Shown piece by piece: positions 1 to 14,505 of a DNA stretch of 64,000 nucleotides. The stretch is from Octopus vulgaris. Lineage: Eukaryota. Below the pieces are notes generated by a model that saw only the letters and a list, made by a program, of their open reading frames with translations, was not told the origin of the DNA and made no database searches. The position numbers and the translations under genes are program-made. Within the stretch, counting starts at the first letter, position 1; each line of letters begins with the position of its first letter. The DNA is taken from NCBI GenBank assembly GCA_951406725.2, contig OX597820.1, positions 42,160,001-42,224,000 of the forward strand. The letters run 5' to 3'.

Positions 1-426
1 TCAATGAACTAACGTCTGCAAAGAAATGGTAGTGTTCCAACGAGTCGAATGTGTATTTTCGACTTATTGTTATCTTTATTCACTTTATCTATTAGTTAAA
101 CTTATCTTGTTCTTGAAGAAGTTTTTATTCAATTCTAAAGATCAAAAAGATGTTTTCTTTTCATTCATTTTTTTTCTGTCTCTATCTTGATAAAATCGAA
201 TTGTTTACGACAAAAACTTCGTTTCACCCATTTTGCAAACAAAATGTCGTGAATTCCGGTCAAATGTATCTTTCATCTGAAAGAATTCTTAAATATATAT
301 CGTTATAGCTATCTAAACAGGTACGCACGGGATATCCACGCGTAACATATTTCAGTCATGATATAACATTTTAATCAAGAAAATACTTATCTCTCATAAC
401 CGAAGACCATAATTATGAACATTTAC

Positions 427-462
<36 letters not shown>

Positions 463-2040
463 ATTGTTAGACACTATATTAGATACTATGTATAACAGTC
501 GAACTTCCTTCAAACTACACTAAACATATATAAAAATGGATAAATTTCTCAATTCATCTCTAATATATAACAAAGCACAGATAAGTGTATCATGCTCCAA
601 GACTCAATCAGAATTGACCCGGATCTAAGCAAGAAGAACCAGCAACAGAGCTATAAATTAATGTAAAGTTGAACATATTTTACGATCTTACAAACGCAAC
701 AATAGCAAAACCCGGTGGTACCAAATTCAAGTCACTAGAAAATGAATCCAGTTTAAATGTACAACATACTCTACACTATAAGTTAAATATCACCGTTCTT
801 TTTCGTGCATGAAATACAACGTTTCAATGTATGTATGTATGTATGATGACATATACAGATGTAATCATACTTGGATCAGATATAAAGTTAAGAGCTGAAA
901 AATCACACACAAAAAGAAGTTGGATTCATGAATATTCGAGTGTGAGCTTGCATATGTCTACATGACACATACATACAGACAGAAACACGTATCTGTGTAT
1001 TGTACGCGTGAAATTAAATGCACACACAAATACATACATACATACATACATACATACATACATACATACATACATACATACATACATACATACATACATG
1101 CATACATACATACATACATACATACATACATGCATATATATATATATATATATATCAAATATTAGGAGATGAGCATTTCAAAGTGTGAAATATTTTCCAA
1201 TCATTTCAATACAAGATTGTTGCATATATCAGTTATACGTCTATACCGGATAAATTTTCTTCTGGAATAATTTCCAGTGTTAGATTTAATCCGTTCTGGT
1301 TTGATATATGAAGCTGAAGTGGGAATCTGAATTTAACGGCGTTAGATGAGTTGTATTCAAGAAGATTACAATATTATTCGAATCTCTCTTTATTGATTGG
1401 AATGTGTCCTGGTGTAAGTGTACACGTGAAAAAAAAATTTAATTAATTCCAAAAGAAGGAATATTTGAAACACCATACTGATGAATATAACACATCATGC
1501 AAATATATACACATACATACATACATACATAAATGCATAAACACAGAAACACACACATGCATGTATGTATACATATGTATAAACACATATATATTGATAG
1601 ATAGATACATACGTAGAAATGTTATACAACACTAAAAATAAATATATATATATATACACACACACTCACATATATGTGTGAGAATGTGTGTGTAGATAGA
1701 TACATATTTACATACATCCATAAATAATTATATACATATACAGATATATGAACGTACACACAGACATACATACTGATACAAAAATGGGAGTGAGAAAGAC
1801 CAAGAGATAGTGAGAGAGAGAAAAGAGACGAACGGTAACCAATATCCCAAGAATGGAATAGATTGTAAGTAAGGAATGAGATGTCGTGAGAGAAGGATAT
1901 GTGCATAATTTTTCGTCTGTGTGATTGGAACGTCACGCTGATTTTTGGCTAATATTCATGCTTCTTTATTATCTCTCAGTTAACGTCTTGTCCACTATTC
2001 TCTTCTTGTTGTCTGTCGCTTTCTCTTTCTCTCTGCCCCC

Positions 2041-2077
<37 letters not shown>

Positions 2078-3819
2078 CTTACTCTGTATCTCCGTCTCTC
2101 TGACTTTTTCCTCATTCCCTACAAATTTAGGAAGCTATGGAAGCATTTAGTAACTATATAGCCCCTAACGCATTTCAATTATATGCTATGTTCCCATAGG
2201 TGTATATGTGGATTTAGTACTCGTGCACTAAAGCGAAATATGAACACGTAAAACGAGTGCAATATCTAGCTATATATACACCAATATACATATGCACATA
2301 AATTCGGTGCTTCTGAAACATTTTTAACTGTCACTCCTTTTATTTTGCATACATACTCGTAACGATTCTACACTCTCACTTATTATATTCCTTCACGTAA
2401 TATCAATACAGTGAAATCTAATTCCAAGTATTGTATAATGCAGGAGAGTGCTGCAAACGAATTTATAATGCATCACTGTTGCAATTTGGTTGGTGACACA
2501 ATCTCGAAGACTTAGCTTGGACCAAACTAAGTACGTATTTTGTTTCGTGCATGCCGCATATCTTCCAATATAAATTAATAATTATCTTGTGATTTACGTG
2601 AGTATGTTTTATTTGTAAAGGCACACACATACACACTTACAAACAATGATTTTTCTGTCCATGCTATTTGTATGTTTCTTTATAAGCGGGAGTAACCTGT
2701 AAGATTTGCAGATGCAAGGCACACTCAAAGCGAGAATCATCTTATTGTTTGTAAATTACATTCTTAGGTGAGAGTTAACATTTAACAAGGCAGAAAGTCA
2801 GAACTGTAAAGATGAGGTCATTTCTCCCCAGTCGCCTAATTTGTTACCGGTTTCCATATGCAATGTTTCACATCTTCCATCAAGTGTGATACCGTCAAAA
2901 TTCAGAAGTACTCTACTAATTCGTAACCATATATGCATATACACAAATACCTCCTATTGCTAGTGACTGATTTAAGTTCTCCTTATCTGCTAGGGAGAAC
3001 TTAAATCTTAAAATAATCAGGCATACATAATGCAGTGAACGAATACGTATGTGCACATAAATAGGCTAGGAGACGTTGATAATTCAATTCATAATAAGAG
3101 GATGGGAAAAAATATTTGTAATCGTTTTATAAACTTTTCCGAGAAAACAGTATACGTGAGACAGTCATAAACAAAAACGGTACTGTCCATGAGTATTTTG
3201 AGATATAGAAAGATGAAAATCTGTTTACAGCTCCGTCTTTAAGCATGTCGTATAAATTTGTGCATGCATCGAACGAAACAACAGAGAGAGAGAGCGAGAG
3301 AGTTGGTGGGTGTTAGGAAGAAACACAAAGAGGGTGTTACAGTGAAATACAAGGAATTATAGACAGAAGGTGCAATTGATACAAAGGTAGACATATCGAA
3401 ATGGTGTATGAGAATGCTATCCAAATGGTTAGAGCACAAAGAAAAAGCAGTTGCACAGTGATTTAGTTCTAAAAGAGGATAATGATTAAATAGCGATTTT
3501 CAGAGACACACATACATAATTACACCCACACATGCATGCACACACCCACACATACGAACGCACACACACGCGCGCACGCACGCAATTAGAATTAAGTATG
3601 AAACGTGAGAGATTGGTATAGAAATGTCAAGCTATCCAAGAGAAGTGAAAATAAGAAACAATTAAACAAGGAAGACATGGACAACAGTATCAAAAACTGA
3701 TCACAGGAAGGAGACGACGAAAGACGACAACAAAGGGTGAAATGAAGTGCCCGACAGGAGCCGCTTCACCCATGCAAACATGAAAAAGTGATGGTAAAAA
3801 ATGGTGACGACGTTGACGT

Positions 3820-3869
<50 letters not shown>

Positions 3870-3987
3870 ATTATTATGATGATGATGATGAGAAGGAGGA
3901 GGATGACGATGACGACGACGAGGGAGAGGAAGGGGAGAGGAAGAAGAAGAAGAAAATGAAGTAGTAGTAGTAGCAGCAGCAGCAGTT

Positions 3988-4045
<58 letters not shown>

Positions 4046-4132
4046 CAACAGCAGTAGCAACAGCAGTAGAAGCAGTAGCAACAGCAACAGCAGCGGTAGT
4101 TGTAGTAGTAGTAGTAGTAGTGGCAGCATATT

Positions 4133-4165
<33 letters not shown>

Positions 4166-4976
4166 GATACATACAAGTATATGTATACGTGTGCGTATTT
4201 ATGTCTGTCACTTTCTATCTCTCTGTCTATCTATAAATGTACATATATATATATATATATTCATATGTGTATGTGTGTGTTTGTGCGCGCGTGTGGTTGT
4301 ATGTTTGTGTGTGGCTGTATGTGTATGTATGTACATATTTAAATATAGATACATGAATATCGATAAAGTTCCTTCGAACAAGTGAAATGTAGAATGACTA
4401 GAAACCTATGTGTGTGTATATGTGAATGAAAGGGAGAAGAAAAAGGATTCGTTCGGCAAAAGAAGGGCATGAATATGTTGAAAGAAGTGTAAATGGGAAA
4501 ATGATGGTAAGCTGAAAAGAAAAAAAAATAGTTGGTATATCAGAGAAGAGCTAACAAAAATAAATCTCTCAACCACATACAATATATATGTGTGCATGTG
4601 TGTGTGGGCGTGCGCGCGTGCATTTGCAAGTACGAACGAGCTTGGGACATTGTGCATATATGTAGTCATGCCTATGTATGTATATACACACACACTTTTT
4701 ACGTATACGCACACACACCTACGTATATGTATATATGTATATGTATATGTATATATATATGTATATATATGTATGTATATATACATATATACTTACATAT
4801 ATATATAAGCTTGAATGTGTATGCATATATATATATATATATACACACACATATATTATATACATACACATATACATATATTGATATGTATATATAGGTA
4901 TATATGTGTATATATACATCTATATCTATATATCTATCTATATACATATATATATATATTTTATGTCCTATATATA

Positions 4977-5013
<37 letters not shown>

Positions 5014-5647
5014 CATAAAATATAAAAATATAAGAATATTAGAATCAGTAAAAAAGAAGACAAATGTAGAGATGGCAGCATGGAAATCAGAGAGGGAAGT
5101 TGGCTTACATAGAAGTCTAGGAGTGACATAAAAATAAAAGAAAATAAGAAAAGAAAAAAACACAGAAAGCAAAATCGGGATACAAGGCAGAAGGGGGAGT
5201 GAAAGAAGAGGAATGGGAAAGAAAGAGAACATAAGACAGGAAAAAAAATGCTGAAAACTTCTAAGAAGTAAAAATAAAACAAACTGAAATTGAATCATAT
5301 TTCTGTATGCGAATGAATGAATGGATGAGTGAATAGTCACTGTGTATATTCGATAAAAAGACATTTTCGTGAACTACATGTAAAGAGAAATAAATAACTA
5401 TATAAATAAATAAAATATGGAAGCAAAGGAAGCTTGTTGTGTTAAAGAATGAGCGGTGAGGTGTAATGTTAGTTTGACTACTACTGATGTAATTGTAGCT
5501 GAAATATAAAAAGGTTATCTGTGTAAGGAACTGGTGGAATTATATATAACACACTGGCTTTACAAAAGTATCCGACGACATTTGCTACACCAATAAGAAA
5601 ACTTCAAGAATGAAAAGGAAATATGGGGTGTGAACGCACACTCATAC

Positions 5648-5680
<33 letters not shown>

Positions 5681-6469
5681 ACACGCACACACGAGCACAC
5701 GCACGTGTCTATGTGTTTATGAATGGATGGATGTGTGTGCGTATGTGTAGTTGGATGGGTTTCTATATGCATATGAATTCTTAGAAAGATGATTAAAAAT
5801 ATGGTTAGGTTTATATAAGCCTTTCTTTGGAAAACTGTATGAGCCTTAAATTTCTTATTGTTGTTGTTGTTATTATTATTATTATTATCGTCATCATCAG
5901 CATCATCATTATTATCATTATCCTTATTATTATTTTCTTTCAGCAGAAAAAAAAAAGCTGTGTCTCGGCATGCCTTATAAGAAATGGCTTATTGAAGTAT
6001 TTCTGAATATGGAACTGTGTGACTGAAACATTGATATAAAGAGACATTCAAAGAACGTTGCATGACCGAAAAAAAAACTTTACTATAAATTTTATGTACT
6101 ATATTTATATATTCTATTTACTTAATATATTTTCATATATTTAAAGTTCAAATGGAGTTGTTAAATATAAGAAGGGGCAACTCTGTATACGCTACAGAAA
6201 ATATAAAAGTAAAGAAAAAGAAGAAAATCTACCAAAGAATTCGTGAATCGTTAATCTATTGAAAAGTTTAGAATGTTTTTGAGATTTTCATGAAGTAAAA
6301 TTAGGAATATTGGTGACATATCAAAAGATATGAAAATTACACTTTCTTACTTCTTTCTTCCACCCCCACCTTTTTTGTTGCCCATAAATCCAAAGCATCT
6401 CGGGATTTTCAAAGCGTTTTGTCAGTATGTAAACGACCCTCTTTCAACGGGACTCCAGTTAATTATAAG

Positions 6470-6615
6470 GTTTCAAATTTTTGACACAAGGCCAGCAGTC
6501 TTGGCGGAAGTGGGAAGTCGATTATATCGACCCCAGTGCTCATCCAGTACATTTTTGTCGACCCGCTAAGCATTTTGCCTGGGATGCTAAACATTTTCAC
6601 AGCTCGTTGCCTTTC
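6470..6615 (-). mobile_element. SINE family B fragment
   Basis: AAGTCGATTATATCGACCCCAGTG and CTAAGCATTTTGCCTGGGATGCTAA...CAGCTCG are reverse-complement family B motifs. Confidence 0.65.
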
Positions 6616-6992
6616 AGTTAGTTGTTAAGTCCCAGGTATAACTGCTACTTATTTTAGTTGAGTTAGAGGAAACTTCCTTGCTCCAGGAAAAAAAAATGCT
6701 ACCTTTTCAGAGTGTTTGAACCCACTGTGTATTGCTCATGATCCTAAACACAGGGCAGACATCTTTACGTAGTTAAGAATAATTTCCAAATACCTAGTCT
6801 ACAGATCACCGACTACTTTGCAGCTCGATAATCTAGAAATGGCAGCAAAGTAGCACTCAGATTATCTTGAATAAGGATTTGTTAGATGATGTAACTATTA
6901 ATATTATTTCAGAGATAAAGTAATTCATCGTACATATACTGAGTTTTTAAGATTTGTGTGTGTGTGTGTGTGAAATCGTATGTTTAAACAGA

Positions 6993-7256
6993 TATAGTTA
7001 TATTTGGGGACGGTCATTTTTCCAATGAAAACACGCACTATTTATGTGATATTCACTTTAGTTTTATTATTGGATATTGTTTATTTATCAAAGTTCTTTT
7101 GTTACAAATGCTGATCATGAGGTCATTTAAGAGGTCACAGGATATGTGACGAATGATCTCTGACAAATAACCAACCACGAATAATATAGCTGAAGCGAAG
7201 ATCAAATAAATAGTGCGTGTTTATTGGCAAGATGACAGTCCCTAAATGTAACAATA
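6993..7256. mobile_element. MITE / fold-back element with long imperfect terminal inverted repeats
   Basis: Left arm TATAGTTATATTTGGGGACGGTCATTTTTCCAATGAAAACACGCACTATTTAT versus the reverse complement of the right arm, TATTGTTACATTTAGGGACTGTCATCTTGCCAATAAACACGCACTATTTAT. Complementarity continues inward; no coding capacity. Confidence 0.75.
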
Positions 7257-7937
7257 AAGTAATGCTACATTAATAGAAAAAAAGACACGATAGCCATGGC
7301 AGGAAATTCTTTTCATTATTACTCAGTACATTCATGCACAATTTAGTTGCATGTAGACTATTTCAAGTGATATACATGTGTATCTGTGTATGTTTGTTTG
7401 CTTGTGTGTGTGTGTGGGGGGGTGTTTTGTACTGAAAATAAACTATGGTGTTATCTCCAACAATATAGAAACCTGTATCTCCGTAGATCTAACTCTGTAT
7501 CAGTGGGACTGTGGAATCTCCTCATTTTCTCCATGTTTACATTTGTCATCGACCTATCTCGACCTTGCTTAAAATGATATTGCTGCAGAAAGAACAATCT
7601 CTCCAATATCAAATTGTAATTTTAAATTTTAATTACTTTCAGGCACATGTATGAATCCCAAGTTATAATTACATTAATTGCCAAAAATTATCAGCTGATA
7701 AATCAGCTCCAACCATATCAACTATATTTATGCTACGGATGTGTTCAATAGTCAATGCTTTAAACGTTCAGCGCAAGGAAGACACAAAGGGGAGGGAGAG
7801 GGAGAGAGAGAAAGACAGCGAGAGTAGGGAGAGTGAAGAGAAAAGGAGAGAAAGAAAAGACACTTGCACATACATGTGTGGGGCTGTATTGCAATAAACA
7901 ACAAAAGGAAGATAACATATGTTTTAGGTCAATGCTT

Positions 7938-8022
<85 letters not shown>

Positions 8023-9272
8023 TGCATGCGTCCAGTATAAGGGAACTAACCATATCTTATTGGTAGAATATATGTTATATTTAGAGTAAATTATGTTATG
8101 TTTTATGTGCCTTCAGCTCCAATTCTTTATTGATAATCGATTATGTATCGTACATATGCATTAAAACGAAATAACAAAATTTAAAGTGGGGTTTAATGAA
8201 CCCCAGTAAAAGCATTGTATTCAATATCAAACCTTGTAATAATGTCTAACTTCAAGGGAACAATACACACTGGACTGAAATCACGCTCGTGAAACCATAC
8301 ATAAATCCGAAAACATTCACCATTATTTGCTATGGAAATAAGGGTCAGTATAGAAATGTTCATTTTTAATATTATCTTCTTTCCATATGGGACTTTGCCA
8401 TTTAATTCTTTGCCACTTGGGACATAATAATTCGTTTTGAATTCAACGAAATATTTGTCAATCCTAGTTCTGAGTGGTTCGCTGTATTAGAAAAGGATAT
8501 AAAAGGATATTAAATTATATACTGTAAGTTACTGCCTCTGACAATCCTGTGACGATGTATATGTATACTTTGTGTTTACGTTGTTATATAATTCTCTCTT
8601 GTTATATAATTCTCTCTATAAAATCCTCATGAGGCATTGCACCTATGAATCACAGTTGTTCTGTTCCTTCGTGGAAATAAAATGAATGAATAGAATGTAT
8701 TAAGAAATGAAAAAGTAACTACCTAAATGCACCCGTAAGCAAATGAGTGGGGTAAAAACGAAAGTAAGAAACGAATTAAACAATGTAAAAATGATGCGAT
8801 TGATTGTATGTATAACAAATTATTTAACTTTTAAACATTTTGTAAATATTAAATAAAGGAAATCATGCAAACACACTGAAGCACTCTATTTGAGCGTACA
8901 TACATTTACATACAGTCATTTGTATGTGTGTAGATATGTGTGTTTGAGTGTGTACGTGTATATATGATACATATGCCAATTCCAATAAACAAACAAAAAA
9001 AAACAGAGGAAAAATTGAAAAAAAACGAACGTGAGGATGCGCGCAAAAAATATATTAATTTGACACTCTGTGAAGGAAGAAAATTGCTGTTAACGTTTCG
9101 AACATAGCTCTTTGTCGCAAACAGGAAAGACTAAAGAGAAAGAAGGAATCACAACAGTCAAAGTGCTGTTACATGTCTGAAGTCACCGGAAGTGGAAGGA
9201 GATAAAGAAAGGAGTTTCTGGGGCAGGAGAGTGTGAAGGTGGTCGGTAGGAGAGTGTGAAGATGGCCGGTAT

Positions 9273-9307
<35 letters not shown>

Positions 9308-11253
9308 CGTGCGTGTATGAATTTACATGTGTGCCTAGACCGAGTGGACATCAGTGAGCGAAGTCTGAAAGGTGTGCGAATGGGTGGGTGTGGCTGTGTT
9401 AGTGTGGGATGGGGTGTATGCAGGTATGTGTGCGTAGAGGGAGTGGGAATGTGTGTGTGTGTCTGTGTGTGCAAATGTCTATAGGTGCGTATGTGTGTGT
9501 GACGTTGTCTTTCTCTATACACACACGCACACTTGAAACACGACACACGCTCACACATATATCAGGAAAGTCACCGCCGAAGAGTCTCTTCATCATGTGC
9601 CTGCTTGATCGGAACTTGTTTAGAGCAAAGCAAAATGAACGAACAGTAATTACTTTATCAATCAAGGTATAGCATGACATTTAGACAAAAGCAGTGGGAC
9701 TCTAATCATAAAGGATGCGACTTGCTATATCCTATTTAGTTCCACATTTACTCCTTCATTGCTGAAAGAATAGATAGAATTGGCATAAGCCTACGCTTGT
9801 TTTCTAGAAATAGTATCAAGTGAATCGAACTCATCAACGACGCAGGAATGAAGTGTAAAGCTGAATTTCATTGTATTTGAAGTAAGGACTATATTTTTAG
9901 GGAGGCAACTAAATACATTAATATTTTCGTTCTTTCGTTCTGCGATTTTACCATTATCCAAGCTTCTTTAGCAACAGAGCAGCAAAACAAACTGATAATA
10001 AACAAACCGTATTCACACGAAATACACATACCATCATACCCCCCCCCCCCCCAAAAAAAAAAACCTACGTATACACTCAATCACACACAAACACGCTCAT
10101 AGGGTTACAAACTATCTCAAGACACGAAACATCTAAAGAGTGATAAAAATTAAAAAGAAGATAATTCCGTGAAACACTGCATGTATTAGTGGAAGTTTTC
10201 CAGCCAGGCTCCAAACAGTAATAGTTTAACATTGTCTACACATTTAATACCCTTCGGACAAGGACTGAATGTCATGCAGTTTCTTTCTGTTTTGATAAAT
10301 ATGTGTCTGTGTGCTTTTGTAAGAAATCAATACTACCACAGTTATTAGCTATTAACTTAAATCAATCGTAGAATGACCAGTAGTAATGATGTATCTTGTA
10401 GACAACACATAATAACATCCACACTTTTATACTAACTGCCGATTTTATTTTCCTGAACTAATTGTAGTGTTAAGGTATTCTTTAAGATGGTTTCTAGCGT
10501 GTAATTCAAAACAAGTAAATAGCAACTGTGTGCGCTTTATGTGTGTGTATGTGTGTATGTCTGTATGTGTGTCTGTATGTGTTTGTATGTGTGTATGTGT
10601 GTTTGTTTGTATGTGAGTGTGTGTATCTGAGTGTCTCTAGGCGCACGCAGATTATTTTCCTCCTACAGTACATTATTTTTAGTAACGGTGGAATGTACGT
10701 AGCAAGAAATTTGATTGTCAAATACGTTGAAATAAGTTTAAAGAATACCTATGATGCTTCATCGATGAACTTTCACAGCATTTGTAATCAGTTCCTTGGG
10801 ATTTAGATCCGAAATTAAGGCTACTGGAAACCTTTAGACATCTGGTATTAGATCAGGTGAATAAATATCTTTCTATTGATTTCTGCACAGCCATACTACT
10901 TTCTGCAGAGGTAAAATATTCAACTATACTACCCAATCTCTTTCCAGTGGAAAGTCTTATCAATGTGTTTGTTTATAGATAGATGAACTATAGTAGCAAA
11001 ATTTAAGCGATCTCACTACAAACATTCGCACATAGACTTGTGTCCCCAGTTTCTGCCCCCCCCCCTTTTTTTTACAGCATCTATAAATGTCTCTCCTCTG
11101 TAAAAGTGAGAGAACTTGTGTAGCCTCCATTCAGAGAACTGAATCACTCAACTTTTCCCTCTCACAAACCATATTGTGTGTGTCTACCGAAGCCCAATCC
11201 ATCTTTTCTATGTTAGATCTCTAAGATTCCCTTCCTCTTCATGTCGCACTTAC

Positions 11254-11337
11254 AAGAGTCGACTTGCAGTAATTTAAGCAGAACGTTAACGGTATCAGTC
11301 TCATTGGTCTCGGAGGAACTGTGAAAGCCATGGGCAT
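11254..11337 (-). CDS. Candidate alternative first (or cassette) coding exon of the NOL4-like gene
   Basis: Minus strand: ATG at 11337 opens 28 codons (MPMAFTVPPRPMRLIPLTFCLNYCKSTL) ending exactly at CTT|GTAAGT, phase 0 like the 47432 donor. A long polypyrimidine tract and AG (11355-11354) lie just upstream. Unique, non-repetitive sequence; no transcript evidence. Confidence 0.45.
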
Positions 11338-12055
11338 TGCTCCTTCCTCCAGACTTAACAAGCAAAAAGAAAAAAAAAAAGAAAAAAGAAAGAATGAATA
11401 CACATTTGTGCGTTGAACGGCCAAACTATGACTCAGCTTGCCATAACCCTTAGATTAAAGTTGAATCATTATTTTTATTCGTTACCGCTTGCTTCAAATA
11501 ACAGAGCGCTAACGAAAGTTAAAACACGAAAAACAAAGCAAACAAAAAAGTGAAAACATCAATCGAACACTTTCCTTTTCTGGTAGACAAATCGAACAGC
11601 TTGATAACTAGACTGAAAAGGAAGGTGGGGGATAAAACAGCAACAACAACAACAACCACGCTCTCATAGCCATTTAATTGGTGGTTGAAACAAGCTGAAT
11701 CAATATGTTGCCTGCTGCCAGTGATCTCTCATCATTGTTAATGTACTGAGTATGTCGCAAAGGGATTAAATTTTCTTTCGATGTCCTATTCTATCTAGCT
11801 GTAAACATGGAACATAAGAAGTAACACTTCATCTAAGTATGAAGTTTCAATACAACGAAAGATATCTTTGTTAATGCAGCATTGCTGAGCTCAAATCTTC
11901 ATATGGATTTTGCTAGGTAAAGATAACTTTCACCAGACTAATGTACTTTATGAATGTATGCATGTATTGAAGCATGTACGTACGTATGTGTGTGTGCATG
12001 TATGTATTATGTATGCATGTATGTATGTATGTATTTATGTATGTATGTATGTATG

Positions 12056-12126
<71 letters not shown>

Positions 12127-12409
12127 GTGTGTGTATGTATGTATGATGTGTGTGTATGTATGTATGTATGTATGCATGCACGCATACACAAATATTAAAG
12201 AAAATAATATTAATAAATCAAGAGTGTATGTTATATGGTATGTGATATAGCCTATATCTGTCTATCTCTGTCCAAATCGCAATTTCCGCGCTCTGAGTTA
12301 TTTTTCTTAACTCTATTATTATTATTATTATTATAAACACTCGGTTCGATGTAATCGACTATGCCCCTGCCCCAAATTTCAGGCCATGTGCCTATAATAG
12401 AAAAGAAGT

Positions 12410-12520
<111 letters not shown>

Positions 12521-12549
12521 GTTGTTGTTGTTGTTGTTGTTATTATTAT

Positions 12550-13412
12550 TCAGTTGTCTTATTTGTATCACGTGCTTTCACTGCACTACCGAGTGTGCAG
12601 TTTGTATGCTTCGGGTATGTGCTGTGATGCTCTTATTATTGCTGCATTGAAAGTGTTATACGTAGGATGTGTGCTGTGCTGTTATATATACTTATTAGTC
12701 CTGGAGTTTATGTTATGTATTTGTTCGAATATTTTTTTATCATACCTAATGCACCTACTACGATAGGAATTGTTTCTGTTTTTAGACTCCACATTCGAGT
12801 TACCTCTATTTCCAGGTCTTTGTATTTTGAAAGTTTCTCCATTTCTTTTAGAGAAACGTTGTCACTTGTTGGTATTGATACATCACTTAGAAAGCATCTT
12901 TCCCTTATGATCTCTGACAAATATATCCGGTATTTTGCCCTTAATTTTTCTATCTGTGCGTATTGGCATATCCCATAGTATGGTTGCCTTCTCATTTTCT
13001 GTGAACTTTTCTGGTGTATGCCTATAATGTCTTTTTTTCTTTGTTTCCAGTGTATATAGATCCCAAGATTTTCGCGTCTGTGAATACCTTTCTTCTTAGC
13101 CAGGAGTGGGCAGCCAGAGACAATATGTTTCCAAAGGTGAATTATTCAAACCCCAAAGAATTCCTCTCAATATATGGCATGATGCTCCCCAACTATTTCT
13201 GCTCGTGATCAGAGATGCACATATCATCAGCCACAAAGGAACATACTCAAATGTTTATAGTCAAGCAACTGACATGCAAATCTGTGGTATTGAGCAGAAT
13301 ATTTCCGATAGTCCATCTTTATACCAAGACAAAATAATGTACATGATAACACTTCCAATAAGTTAAGATAAGAAGCCACGAGAGCCAAATGCCTGGTACT
13401 GCATCAGGGCAT
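12550..13412 (-). mobile_element. Internally deleted R4/Dong-like derivative (leader block + endonuclease end + 3'UTR)
   Basis: 12708-12995 encodes CFLSDVSIPTSDNVSLKEMEKLSKYKDLEIEVTRMWSLKTETIPIVVGALGMIKKYS, nearly identical to the 53440 ORF C-terminus. 13080-13127 encodes HIVSGCPLLAKK. 12550-12630 matches the Dong 3'UTR, and 13125-13412 is the leader block also seen at 55205. TTA repeats flank both sides. Confidence 0.85.
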
Positions 13413-14474
13413 TTATTATTATTGTTGATGTTGCTTTTGTTGTTATTTATAAATCACATTGACTGTATATGTGTTCTACACTATTTTGTGTAGGTCCTCT
13501 GGCTACTGGAAATTAGATTGCACGATCGTCATGATCATGGTACTACCATGAACTGATGCCCTTGCGATTAAACTTTGATTATACTGTAAGTGGAGTTGGA
13601 TATTTCTAAATTTTCAGTAACTGTGAATCGACTGGATAATAGCTCAAAAGCTATATTCCATCCATCAATTTTTATATTCTTTCAAAGAGTTGAAGTTATC
13701 ATGGATCGAATTGCCATATGTTCTTTTTTAATGGCATCTATTCTCCTGACTCTGATGTGGGGTAGGAATGGCATCAGAAATTATGGTGTAATTTAAACAA
13801 AAAAAAAGTAACGAACCCAACTACGGTTACACTATTCAAGGCACTTAAATTTGCATCGATAAAACACAAAACAAAATTTAAAAAATAGAGTCTAAACATG
13901 CATATAAGTACTACTGAGAGTATTTAGCCAATATCATTTACAAATTCAATAAAACATGATATATTAGGGTTTAGCTTTACTTACGCCTCTGTCCAAATCT
14001 TTAGTTTGCTACTTTGTTTATACTCACACACAAATATGCCTTTATTCTATTTATATTTATTTTATTCAACGGTTTCATAAATATATTTTGTATAACTTCT
14101 GTCTTTAAGCTTGGAAAATGTGTTTTATTATGTATATGACTATTTATTCTCCACCTTCTTTTATATTTGAATTTCTGGATGTTGACCTTAACTCCAGTCT
14201 GTCACACTATAAAGAGTCCCTTCCCCACAATAAAGAATTGCATACAATATATCCTTTACTCACAGCTAGGTGGATTCGAACATTGAGAGACTATTATAAT
14301 TTCCATTAACTCAACGAAGTGCCTATTTACAGAACATCCGAATCGTTTATCTCTCGCCTGTCTGATCAGACAAACTCCACACTGCATGCTGCCTTTTAAT
14401 TTTTAATCAACTGGAATTTCGGAGTTGATTTACTTGCCGATGACAAGAGTTATAATTAATGCTAATATTCTTTT

Positions 14475-14505
<31 letters not shown>

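Noticed and set aside
3690-4211. Poly-T/S/H ORF on the minus strand as a NOL4 exon
   Set aside because: Compound triplet repeats with no NOL4 similarity and no convincing splice donor; the start lies in a TA microsatellite.
7473-7582. Possible minus-strand exon after TTCTTTCTGCAG (QYHFKQGRDRSMTNVNMEK...)
   Set aside because: The acceptor is plausible but the donor (AG|GTTTCT) is weak and the peptide resembles nothing I recognise.
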